Source of the DNA: Neoconidiobolus thromboides FSU 785
Lineage: Eukaryota > Fungi > Entomophthoromycota
Assembly: GCA_025603075.1 (NCBI GenBank)
Contig: MU626315.1
Location: forward strand, 1-64,000
Reading direction: 5' to 3'
DNA: 64,000 nt
Shown: positions 1 to 10,909 of the stretch, piece after piece
How the letters are laid out: each line of letters starts with the position of its first letter
How positions within the stretch are numbered: the first letter of the stretch is position 1
The notes under the pieces: model-generated
The model's input: the letters and a program-made list of their open reading frames with translations, nothing else
What the model was told of the DNA's origin: nothing
The model's database searches: none
Translations under genes and position numbers: made by a program

Positions 1-325
1 ATTTATAAAGTAAAAAGCTACCTTATTGATGCTTCTTCAAAGTTATACCATAGTTTAATAAATGAGCAATATACAGTTTGAGCTACGTATTTTTAGTACG
101 AAAATAAACATAAATACTAATAAAAAAGTTAAAAACCAAAAAAAAGGATCACGAAAAAGAAAAGAAACATAAACAAAAAATATATACCACATAGTAAATT
201 TCAGAACAACAAGAACATAAAATACAATAATAAAAATACGTAGCTCAAACTGTATATTGCTCATTTATTAAACTATGGTATAACTTTGAAGAAGCATCAA
301 TAAGGTAGCTTTTTACTTTATAAAT
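1..325. repeat. Perfect 95-bp inverted repeat (arms 1-95 and 231-325) around a 135-bp A-rich spacer
   Basis: Bases 1-95 (atttataaagtaaaaagctacc...gagctacgtattttta) are the exact reverse complement of 231-325. The left arm runs to the window edge, so it may be longer. Confidence 0.95.
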
Positions 326-829
326 AGATGTAGATGTAGGTTAAATAGAACATTAGTTGTATATTGAGATCTCTTTAAAATATGGGATTTTTAATCTATT
401 GAATAATTCGCTTTTACAAACAAATATAAATTATTCCCAAGACAAGGAATGATATATTAGAAATACTTCAAATATTTGCAAATCTATGTTAAATAAGAAT
501 CTAATATGATCTTTTAATTAATTTACAATTCTATAAATAATCTAATTCATTTAATTGTATAGAAATTAAGTTTTCAAAAATCATTTTATCAAATACCCCC
601 AAATATAGTATAAACAGGGTTTAAAAAATGTATGTATATTATAAAGGTAGTGGCATTGTTTTGATTTTTTAAAAGTTACAATAAATCAGAGAACAAAATA
701 GTAATAAATCACTTTAATGTATATAAAATAAAAAAGAATATAAAAGGAGAAAAAGTAACTTTATTTTGATAACTAAATTTTAATTGTTATTGACTAACAT
801 TATAATAAGCATTTAAATTGATTTTAAAT

Positions 830-1846
830 ATGAAATATTACTCTATTTTATCAGCAATAATCGCCATTACCGCAGTAACTGCCTCTCCATATTGTGACAA
901 CAAACCAGTATTTAGTACTACAACCTGTACTAAGACTAAGCATGTAACCAAAACATCAGAGCCATCTTCTACTCCATGCGTTACAGTAACAAGTACTTGT
1001 ACTAAAACTGCATTTACTTCCTCAATAACTACTGTGGTAATATCTAATTCGGCCAAAGAGACTCAAACAGTTACATCGACAATTGAGGGTGTTCCTGTAG
1101 TTATAACTGAAACTACTACCTTAACTCAAACCATCCCAGGGCCACAGGGAACTGACAGTACTACTGTTGTAAAGGAAACCGAAACTGTATCAGTAACTCA
1201 AACAGTGCCTGGCGGAGAAACACAAGGCAAAATAGAAACAGTTATCTCTACCATTACCGGAACCGAAGTAGTAACAGAGACTGAAAATACTACTATAACT
1301 GCTCCAGGAAATACCGCGCCCCAAGAAACTATAGTTTCAACTATTGGATCAGTTTCAACTATTACTAACACTGTGAATGGAGAAGCTAGCACTATCCCTG
1401 GACCTATTGAAACTGTAGTTTCTACTATAACTGGAAACGAAGTATCCACAGTTACTCAATCAATCACCACTACCTTACCAGGAAGTACTATTTCTGGAAC
1501 CATCGTAACTTCTACGACTTTAGTACCCTCGATTTCCACTTGTACCGTAACCGGTGTTCCAAGCACCATACCTGGGATTGTCGAGACCATCAACACTACC
1601 ACATACGGAAATGAATGCTCTACTGTAAGCGAAAACACTACAGTAACTGTACCAGGCCCTTCATTATCTCCAAGCACTACCACTGAAGTTGTTACTTCAA
1701 CTACAGAGTGTGCATGCACTGGAAACACTCAAGCACCTCCCCAAGAAACTGTAACTAACGTTAACACCGTTACTTCTACCATCACTTCATGTGCTGCCCC
1801 TCTTCTAACTGGCACTCCAGATAAAGACCCATACAATCCCTATTAA
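830..1846 (+). CDS. Secreted Thr/Val-rich mucin/adhesin-like protein (338 aa)
   Basis: First ATG at 830 (ORF track starts at an upstream TTG). Hydrophobic signal peptide MKYYSILSAIIAITAVTA; degenerate repeats such as IETV(I/V)STITG and T..T.PG; Cys near both ends; TATAAAAG about 90 bp upstream; intronless. Confidence 0.85.
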   Translation: MKYYSILSAIIAITAVTASPYCDNKPVFSTTTCTKTKHVTKTSEPSSTPCVTVTSTCTKTAFTSSITTVVISNSAKETQTVTSTIEGVPVVITETTTLTQTIPGPQGTDSTTVVKETETVSVTQTVPGGETQGKIETVISTITGTEVVTETENTTITAPGNTAPQETIVSTIGSVSTITNTVNGEASTIPGPIETVVSTITGNEVSTVTQSITTTLPGSTISGTIVTSTTLVPSISTCTVTGVPSTIPGIVETINTTTYGNECSTVSENTTVTVPGPSLSPSTTTEVVTSTTECACTGNTQAPPQETVTNVNTVTSTITSCAAPLLTGTPDKDPYNPY

Positions 1847-2058
1847 AATGAAGTCTAATTAACGGATATTATTTGATCCTTGTTGCTAATAAATTTGTTA
1901 TTTATCAAAATTTAATACAGTATTCTATTATTGATTTTGATTACATTTCTATATAAGGTTTAGTAAATAGATTTACCAAACCCATGCTTTAAAATGTTCA
2001 AGCATTTGGTAGTATAGTAGAAATGTCTTTTATTTATTTAATAGCATTTTTACATGCA

Positions 2059-2162
2059 ATATGGGAATATGTTTTTATATTTAAGAATTTTACTAATAAT
2101 CTTTCCATTCAAATAGTGTCAAAAAATGGAAAAGTAATGAAATCAAAAAAACACTCCCATAT
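2059..2162 (-). mobile_element. MITE-like element, ~105-bp family, copy 1
   Basis: Reverse-orientation match to family consensus; ends atatggga...ctcccatat. Confidence 0.8.
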
Positions 2163-2238
2163 GTTTACCCATTTTTTTCATAATCTTTTAACTAAAATAA
2201 GAATTCTCATATCATAAGTTATGTTAAACACAAATACT

Positions 2239-2344
2239 ATATGGGGATGGTTTTTTGATTTCATTACTTTTTCCACCTTTTAAGCGCTATTTGAGCGGAA
2301 AAGTTGTTAGTAAAATTCTTAAACACAAAAATACATCCCCATAT
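2239..2344 (+). mobile_element. MITE-like element, copy 2 (best preserved)
   Basis: ATAT-GGGGATG...CATCCCC-ATAT terminal inverted repeats; core ttttaagcgctatttgagcggaaaa-ttgttagtaaaattcttaaa. Confidence 0.85.
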
Positions 2345-2618
2345 GTTACTTTAAACTCATTATATATAAAGTTAAAGATAGGCAAAGTTTGACTAATATT
2401 CGGTATTACACACTCTCGTAAAACATTAAACAACTTTGGTATCGTACAATAATAGTATGATATATATTATGCTAGTAAAATAGTAGCTAAAGCAACATAT
2501 TTACTTTTTATTAAAAATGTTTAGCGCAAAGTTAGTTAATATAAATGGTATTAATACAAAATTGGTAAATTCAATATATTATTTAGGATGACTTTATTAT
2601 AAAATTAAAATAAAATTA

Positions 2619-2804
2619 TTATTTTGGTCCAAAACCAGAGATACCTAAAGCACCAACATTAAGGTCTTTGCCTACACCTGTAAGTAAGTTAATTTTAGCA
2701 TCATTCTCAGAAGGAGCAGTTTGACGTCTATTTAATGAATTTGGTACTACTAAAGCAGTAGATGCGGCAACCATAAAAGTGGCGATGATGAGATTGAATT
2801 GCAT
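2619..2804 (-). CDS. Small secreted peptide precursor (61 aa) with one RR site and one copy of the 21-aa motif
   Basis: Signal peptide MQFNLIIATFMVAASTA, propeptide ending NRR, then QTAPSENDAKINLLTGVGKDLNVGALGISGFGPK; TATAAAAA about 80 bp upstream on the minus strand. Confidence 0.8.
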   Translation of the reverse strand: MQFNLIIATFMVAASTALVVPNSLNRRQTAPSENDAKINLLTGVGKDLNVGALGISGFGPK

Positions 2805-3020
2805 TATTGTAACTTAAGAAGTAGGTATCTAAAATAATTAAAAGTGGTTTATTTGTAATTTATTTTGAAAAAAACCTTAGTTTTTATACTTTAGATTGGA
2901 TTAAGTTCATTTCTTTAACTTTCAGTTGGGCTCATCATGATTTTTTTGTTTAGCTAATAGTTTAATTTTACATATTGACGTTTTACCTGTTGGTTTTTAA
3001 TTTCCTGGTTTTAACAACTG

Positions 3021-3118
3021 TGGATATTTTTTTGGCTTCATCACTTTTTCCATCTTTTAAGCGCTATTTGAGCGGAAAAATTGTTAGTAAAATTCTTAAA
3101 TACAAAAATACATCTCCA
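3021..3118 (+). mobile_element. MITE-like element, copy 3
   Basis: Same core (ttttaagcgctatttgagcggaaaaattgttagtaaaattcttaaa), degenerate termini. Confidence 0.8.
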
Positions 3119-3904
3119 ACTGTTAATTTGGTTTTAACTTCTATCTTTAAATATACGTTTTTAGTTTAGAAATAGTATAGTTTAACTCAACAACTTAAAA
3201 TAAAGGAATATTAAATTAAGTTGGAGTAAATTACATTTTACAACAGTTTATTAAATGTATTAATATTTATCCTATTAAAAAAAACTACCTAATTTACTTT
3301 TGTATTTTTATTTTACAACTGGAATGTTTAGATTATTTACTATCATTTCTTAAATTTTAATCGTTACCTTCATTAATTATAGCTAATAGTTTATAATATT
3401 CTAGTGTTTTTAAAGTTTAATTTTAATCCAAACGCCAGCATCTAATCTATCTCTTTAAATTAAAGTTTAATGTTAAGCAAACGTTTAATGTTTTGGAGTT
3501 AAAGTTTTTTTTATTACACATCCAAGAGGATGGTTTGGTTTATTTAAGGCATAAAAATTCTACGAAGCAAGAACAATAATTGCAAAAAAAAAGACTAGAG
3601 AAGGGGATTGGTGTTGAGTACGTTAGAGAATGTTAGGATTGTCTTTTACAAAAAAACTCTTTTAAAAACCTTTCCACTGGTTTTTTTGAATGTCTTGTAG
3701 TATTGATTTCTAACACAAAATAACATTTAATCTTTTTGGATTTGCTATTGATCCTATCCTTTTCTCTCCTTTCTACTTTTACACCCTTCTTTACGCTTTT
3801 GAGTCTACTTCACCTTCCTATTTTTTTGGATCTAACTTATGAATAATCTACCGATTGTACTGCGAGTACTCTTCATAAGACCCCAAGGCTATTCTCTCAT
3901 CTCT

Positions 3905-4080
3905 ATTAATACATGTTGAATAATCCGCTGCCTGAAATAATAACTCTTACCTTTCCTTTAAAAGTTCGGAAAATAGACCCAGTGGCGTTAACTTCCTAAC
4001 CAAACGGCCCTCAAATTTCTTTTCTATAAATTTGTAATTAATAAAAATACTCACCCTATCAGTTTCAAGATTTGTAAAAA
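3905..4080 (-). pseudogene. Probable decayed Ty3/gypsy integrase C-terminal fragment
   Basis: Minus strand reads LETDRVSIFINYKFIEKKFEGRLVRKLTPLG then, after a frameshift, GSIFRTFKGKVRVIISGSGL. This resembles the GD-V-x-N...KFE-R/W...PLG-Y-L...G-L pattern of gypsy integrase tails. By eye only. Confidence 0.3.
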
Positions 4081-4875
4081 ACTACTTGATACCTTTCCAT
4101 TTTACTATTTTGTTCATTTAAGCACTATTAAGTAGAGAAAGTGTAAGTAGAATTTTTAAAAAAAATGTCTCCATTTGTTGAAAAAAACAATACTTTAGTA
4201 CTTTTATACCAGACAATATAAAATCTATAGAAAAGTTTAATTATTGTGTTTAAAATATGCATAAAAAACAGAATTATAGGTAGAATCTCTATTTATATAT
4301 AAATCAAAGTAATAGATGAATAGATGTTTAGTTGTTCAAAATTTATTATGCTAAGTCACATTTTATTTTTCATAAATAAACCAACATACTTTAACACCCT
4401 TTAGTTTCCTACTATATCCTGAATGTTAACTTATTTGCTATTAATTAGTATGTTTGATTGCCCACATCCTAACCTTAAGCCCTTTGACTATGTTATTAGT
4501 AAATGTTCACGCTATATACTTCCAAGCAATACTCTATAGCAAAAGCTTGTTCAAACATACAAATTCTTAGTATTTAAATAAAATATCAGCACTTATACTT
4601 GAAGACATTCTTTTGTTTTATTTACACTTTAAAAGTATTACGAGTATACTGGCTTTAGCTTTTTATCTTCAAAAACTGTAACTTCTAGTAGCTAATTGTA
4701 ACAGCATTAAAAACATTACCTTATAGAATAATAATAACAAAAGACGTGCATAAAACTTAATGATAGATACAACAGAATATAAAATAATAATGATCAGTAT
4801 AAATCAAATTTAAGATTAGCTACTTTTATACATTTATCCAAAAAATATAATTAAAAAATACAAATTCGATGCTAC

Positions 4876-5382
4876 TTATTTAGTTGCATTAATTATTATT
4901 GGTACTAAGAATAAGTGTTAATAAATAATAATGATAATAATAGTATAAACTTACCGATAATAGCAGCTAATATAATCAAAACTACGATACCAATAATTAT
5001 CTTTAATTTTAAATCTTTCCACCACATTCTCTTTCTTACTTTATTAGCTCCACGTTTAAACTGTTGTGCATTTTGATTAAGGTTTTCTAGATGGGAAAAT
5101 TAGGAGATATCTCTTATAAACAAAATAAAATAATAAATAAAAACCAAATAATTTTTCATTCATTACTGTCATTAAGTTAGATATTTTTAATTACCTGCTT
5201 TATCATTTAAAGTTTCTAATCTTTCTTGCTTTTCCATAACTTTATCAATGTTGTCTTGCATAATACCAACCACTTCATCCACTTGTTGTTGGATTAGCTT
5301 TGTCTTACTGCTTCCACCTTCTGCATATGACCTACAAAATATTTAGTTAGCTTATTTCAGTGACTATTGTTTTTAATTACAT
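4876..5382 (-). CDS. SNC1: Synaptobrevin/VAMP R-SNARE (Snc1/2-like, 99 aa), 4 exons
   Basis: Exons 5382-5381, 5331-5195, 5086-4955, 4904-4876 (300 nt, in frame). Translation MSYAEGGSSKTKLIQQQVDEVVGIMQDNIDKVMEKQERLETLNDKAENLNQNAQQFKRGANKVRKRMWWKDLKLK followed by a TM helix. Not in ORF track. Confidence 0.95.
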
Positions 5383-7098
5383 TTAGTCTTATTTTATTGA
5401 AAAAAATGAATTGTTCTTAATTTCGATTAATTATTTAGTAATCTTATTTTATTGGTTGTGATGATTAGGGTTGAGTTTCTCCGTAATTTTTTTAAACAAA
5501 AGTTTAAAGCTAATGTATTATAAAATAATAAAACATCAATTCAAACTAATGGTAGTAAAAGCCAAAAAATGAATGTTTAATAGTAACTATAAATAATAAA
5601 TGTATGTATTATATTGATTCGTCTGCCATAAGCCTTTTTAATAAAAATAAATAAACTTAAATCAGTTAAACCTAAACCTAAAATATAGCCTTAATTTGAA
5701 AGTGGCCCTACAAGTAAATGTTTTTCAGAGTCTTAAGTACTCAGTTAAAACAAATATTTATTAACAAAATAAAATTATCAGTTTGCTTTTAAAATATTGT
5801 TTTTGAGTGATGTTTATTTTAACTATTAATGTTTTTGACTCAAATTCCTTTTGTAACATATATTCTAATTACGATATTGATCGAACTGGGTCTCATATAT
5901 AAATAAGTGTATATTACAGAGACTAACATGTCATACCACTACCGGTTTTGCCTTAGATTTCTGTTGATCTCTTCAAAGCTTATAAAAAACATTGAAAGCC
6001 AAGCATTACATATAATTGACATTGATGTTGCTATAAAAATGACATCAATAAGTTATTGCAGGTTTCCTTTACTTTTATATTTTTACATATTCTATTATTC
6101 TGTTATCCTATAGTTTATACCTGAATGACCAGATGGTATAACCGACTAAGAATTCTGTGCAAATTCATAAAATACCATAGCTTTAACAAATTCTTCGGCC
6201 AGTTATAACTATCCCACTACTCATATATAAGTTGTCCTACAACTTTTTCATAATCTACTTTTTTTATATCAATATATTTGATTGGTCTATATAATTTTAT
6301 CAATATCAAAAAAAAGCAAGCTTAATATTAAAAGTCATTTTATAGAGCATCAAATTAAAAGATTGTTGTTATAAATGAAGGAATAAAATTAAATCATTTA
6401 AAAACAATCATAAGATAATTTTTCAAGCAAAGTTTTAATATCTTTGTGTTTTACTTTAATGTAAGTACAACTTTAAATAATAAAAGTATAGTTTCTATAA
6501 TTAAAAGCCTACTATGGATTATAAAATAATAAAAACATTTTTCAAAACAATAAAATAGAAATTCCAACTTTATATAAAAAGAAAAGATAATTTATTTTAC
6601 CATTTTAGGATGAGATTATAAAAATTACTTTATTTATTATCATGAGGAAGAATTGCTTGACAATTTGTTGCAGTTTACTTTTTTGATACTAATTTTTATA
6701 GTTCAATTTAATTTGCTTGCACTAAGCCATCCTATTTTCAACAAATGGTTTAAAACACATGGCACATCTTGCTACACATGGATCATATAGAAAATATAAA
6801 ACAAAGGGAATGGATAAATTAATTGACAGTAATAACTTAATAAATTGATGTTAAATTTTCAAAGAATATTCCATAATTAGCAGGACTTATTTCCAAATGG
6901 AGCAAATATAAGAAATTAGCAATTAAATAGGATGGATAGGTATTGAGAATAATGTGGAGAAGTTGAGCCGAGCCTAAAATAAACAGAATTGAAAGTATTC
7001 TTAAAAAACGGTGGCTATGCTTAAAATGGAGTAGATTAAGCTTAAACTGAAGAAAGTAGAAAACAAAATTTATTGAAAAAATATTTAACAAAAACAAA

Positions 7099-7680
7099 CT
7101 ATATTGATAAAGGAGAAGAATCCAAGCCTTTAGCTTCCAGTTCTTTAATTGGTGTCAAATGAGGCTTAAACGTATCTAAATTCAGTTGCATAGAATTAAC
7201 ATCATTTTGCTGGCTTTGGTTGAAATAAATGTTGTTAGTAATCAAATCTTTTGGCTTTAAGATAGGTGGGTAAACTTGTTCATGACTTATCATTTCTTTA
7301 CCACTATAATATTCTTCACCATTACTAAACGTATCATGTGTTGGTGTATTTGACCCGCGATTTCGTTGGGGCGGATAACTCATAGAAAAATTGTTTCTGC
7401 CCTCATGTATCAGATCAGAAATAGAAGTAAATTTTTTACTCACTCGCGTAGTATTCTCAGGTTTGTTAGCTTTTGGTTTACATCCTCTTTTGCGATTGTT
7501 GAACCACACTTGAACTTTACTTAATGGTATATCTAATTCTTCAGCAAGTTGCTTTTTTATTAAGTTTCCAGGGTTTGGATTCTTTCTAAAGTGTTCATTT
7601 AATACCTCCAGTTGATGGGGCTGGAATTTATAACGATGTTGATCCGGTTCATATACTTTTATTTTTATCCTTTCTTCCAT
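7099..7680 (-). CDS. Homeodomain transcription factor (193 aa)
   Basis: RYKFQPHQLEVLNEHFRKNPNP...KQLAEELDIPLSKVQVWFNNRKR fits the homeodomain (F8, L16, F20, W48, F49, N51). ATG at 7680 has a caaaATG context; the ORF extends upstream to 7746. Confidence 0.85.
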   Translation of the reverse strand: MEERIKIKVYEPDQHRYKFQPHQLEVLNEHFRKNPNPGNLIKKQLAEELDIPLSKVQVWFNNRKRGCKPKANKPENTTRVSKKFTSISDLIHEGRNNFSMSYPPQRNRGSNTPTHDTFSNGEEYYSGKEMISHEQVYPPILKPKDLITNNIYFNQSQQNDVNSMQLNLDTFKPHLTPIKELEAKGLDSSPLSI

Positions 7681-9165
7681 TTTGAATAAAAAAGTGATTT
7701 TTTTTATGCCATTGTTTTTGTACTCCATTTTAGCGCCCTCAGCCAATTAAAAGACTTGGAGTGATTCCTCATTTCATAAGTGGATTTTTCAATCATTCCA
7801 TTCTTGAAGCGTAGAATATGCTTTGTTCAATGTATTCCAATAGAAATGGATAGCAGACAAACATTATTGGCAGTCTATTTTTAATTAATTTCCTATACGC
7901 TATTTTATTATCAGCTTGATAGGATATTCTTAATTAACTATGAATAGTAACTTTACTTTTAGTTTCAATACATCTATGAAAGCTTTAATTTATAAATATA
8001 ATATTATAATAGCATAACAATAAGCTTTTTAGAAATATAAGATACAGTTAATACAAGGCTAAACATAGTATTTTTAAATACCATTCAGCTTTTTATTTAT
8101 AGTGGATAGTTAAAAAAATATTTAGTAGCAACAGTTAATAGAATTTGTGATATTAGACTTAATTAAGCTACAATTCTCATTTGATTTGAGAACAAGGGAC
8201 TTAACCTTTGAGCAATAAAAAATAAGAAAATTTTAAATAAAATTCAAGACATTTCAGTATTTCAAATATTCTATTTTATTTCAAATTCTGTTCTACAATA
8301 CTGTACAAAATAAATTCACCAGTTTCTAAAGTTTTAAAACATTTTTAGTGCCACAAAATTTAATGATCATTTTAATTTCAGGAACATTTAAGATTTTTAT
8401 GACCTTTCAAAGATTAAAAGATTCAATATTGTGAAACAAGCAAGTGTTTCATTATATCTTATTATCCATTAATCAACCATAATGTCTGTTGAATATAGAC
8501 CAAAAAAAATATTATAATGTTCTAGATAAAAACAAAGTTACAAGAGCTTTCAATTTACTGTTAGATATCAATTGAGGTAGTGAAAAGTGGAACTTTTTGT
8601 CTTTATAACTTTGTTATTTTTAGTTAAGCCAGTTTCAGTGGATCATATAAAACTTTTCTCACATTTTACTTCCTGAAACAGTATATACCTTTGCTCATAT
8701 AGTAATATAATAGAAATTCAAGTAAGTAGATTCAAAGTTGAGCATGTAAAGTTATTTACTCAACTTAAATAATGGGGACATTTTCAAAATAAGGCTTGGT
8801 GTATATCTTTTGCCCTTGGATATATATAAGCTAAAAATGGGTATTATCCAGTTTGAAATTTAACTAAGCTTTTCATCTTTTTTCAAATTTGTTTTAGCAG
8901 TAAAAAGACCATTACTCTTGTGGTTGAGTTTATTTAAATCAAATATTATCTATTTTAAAGTAGAGCTTCAGTTATATAATCCTACATATTTAAGTTGGGA
9001 TCTAACTTTTAAATGTAATTTTACATTAAAACTTTGGTCTATCATTACTCTTTAAATATTCTAAAACTTTGTGATAGTCAAGCAAAATATAAAACAGTTG
9101 CTAGGCTAAATTAAACACTATAAAACCTTATAATTCATCAAAGCTGTCAATAATCTATAACAAAA

Positions 9166-9279
9166 ATGAAATACTTTACCTTGATAGCTTTATTGTCCCT
9201 AATTGTTGCAATTCCATTAAATCACCCTAATGTTCCTGCTGCACCTAAAGGCAGACATGGTCACCATGGTCGCCATTAG
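9166..9279 (+). CDS. 37-aa secreted micropeptide with His/Gly/Arg-rich C-terminus
   Basis: MKYFTLIALLSLIVAIPLNHPNVPAAPKGRHGHHGRH*; signal peptide; caaaaATG context; TATAAAA at 9119-9125; AATAAA downstream; GC-richer than flanks. Below the ORF-track cutoff. Confidence 0.7.
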   Translation: MKYFTLIALLSLIVAIPLNHPNVPAAPKGRHGHHGRH

Positions 9280-10129
9280 CATTAACATCTTATGATAATT
9301 TTTCTAAATTTCAACTATCGTATAAAATAAAGATGAATTAAGGATTCATGTATATCATCCTTTTAAAGCGTATAAATATTAATATAGTAACATTTTATGC
9401 TATTTAACATAAATCATAATTAACTTAAATATCGTTGTATTTTTAATAATTTAAACAATGACAAAAATACCACTACTCTTATAGTTGAGTTTGTATAAGA
9501 ATAACAGCTTAGTTTATATAAATCCATCTTCTGTTTCAGTTAACAAAAATTAAAGATGCATTTTAAATTCTAGTTTATTGTTATATAGCTAGAATAATAG
9601 CCAACTTTTAATTTAGCATTCTATACTAGAAATTCAGTTTACTAACACTATTAAGCCACTTCAATCAATTATAGATAATCAATCCACAAAAGCAGCTATT
9701 AAGTTGAAGAATTGGTATAAAATCTTTCTATGATGTTAAACTTTGAAATTGACTTTTAAAGAAATGAAACGTTTATCGAAATATTTTTGGTGCATTTAGT
9801 CGTTGTAATTACATTGAACCGGTTTAGTGCTCTTTTCTCTTTGTCTTTCTAAAAAAATGGGGATTCTCACTCGGATATTTTTAACTTGATAGTGACAAAT
9901 TGAATTGGTTAAAATTACACTAAAAATTAAACGTTAATATTGTTTATAATCATGATTTAATAAAAAAGTGTTTCCTATGTAAATTCAAATTCAATATTCA
10001 GTTTAGATTGATATAGCTGGAAATAAGATCAACTCAACGTCCATACATATCTTTTGTTTTGTAACAAAACATGACAGATAAATACTATATAAATGGTAGT
10101 AAAAATTTGTATTATTTTTTCATAAAACC

Positions 10130-10432
10130 ATGAGAGTTTTTGTATTCGCATTATTAATTTCAATCGTTCTTTCTATACCTCATCCAAAGCAGGTGCTTGG
10201 GATTCAAAATATAATCTCTGATTTTTCTTTAGATGTGTTAAGTAGTAAAGGCCCCCTTGCACTTGAAAGTATAAAACAAGATCAACTAGTGGCTGATGTA
10301 ACTGCACCAAAAGCATTGGGACAAGGACAAGGACAGTCACAACCACAATCACAACCACAATCACAATCACAATCACAATTACAATCACAACCACAACCAC
10401 AATCACAATTACAATCACAATTACAACCATAA
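10130..10432 (+). CDS. Small secreted protein (100 aa) with Gln/Ser/Pro-rich tail
   Basis: Signal peptide MRVFVFALLISIVLS; TATAAA about 40 bp upstream; C-terminal (QS/QP/QL)n encoded by a hexamer repeat. Confidence 0.7.
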   Translation: MRVFVFALLISIVLSIPHPKQVLGIQNIISDFSLDVLSSKGPLALESIKQDQLVADVTAPKALGQGQGQSQPQSQPQSQSQSQLQSQPQPQSQLQSQLQP

Positions 10433-10456
10433 TTGCAGTCATAATTACAACCACAG
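10319..10456 (+). repeat. Coding hexanucleotide microsatellite (CAA-NNN)n
   Basis: caatca/caacca/caatta units; the repeat continues past the TAA at 10430-10432. Confidence 0.9.
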
Positions 10457-10661
10457 CGGTAACTTTAAACGGGTTCTTTCATATAGCAGCATTATATTAA
10501 ATGAACTCATTTTCTATAATAATATTATAATAAATAATATTACATATTAATCTTTATTCAAGTTATAATTTTTATTGTTTTCTATTTAAAATGGAACAAA
10601 ACTTAGTCTATGATATTTTTATGAACTAACATTTAATTATTAAACTTCACCAATATAAAGT

Positions 10662-10759
10662 ATATGAGAATATCTATTTTTGTCTAAGAAATTTGTTAAG
10701 ATTTTTTCCACTTGATAACGCTTAAAAATTGGAAAGTGATAAAACAAAAAAAACATCCG
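10662..10759 (-). mobile_element. MITE-like element, degenerate copy 4
   Basis: tttttccacttgataacgcttaaaaattggaaagtgat...aaaaaaacatcc aligns to the reverse consensus with many substitutions. Confidence 0.6.
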
Positions 10760-10909
10760 TTTTCAATTTTACATATTTCTTATTATTAAGAGTTGTCTCA
10801 TTTATGTTTATAATAATTTTTTTACAGAAAGTTGTTACTTTTATTAAAAATAAGGCAATTTAGAAAAGTATAAATTATTTGATATGTTAAAATGAAAGTT
10901 TTATAAAAT

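Noticed and set aside
838-1728. Antisense ORFs 838-1056, 1198-1449, 1456-1728 (also 10173-10454, 40675-41066, 56863-57315)
   Set aside because: Shadow frames of low-complexity sense genes
5960-6260. Stop-interrupted minus-strand frame (VDYEKVVGQLIYE*WDSYNWPKNLLKLW), possible transposase or gene relic
   Set aside because: No recognisable motif
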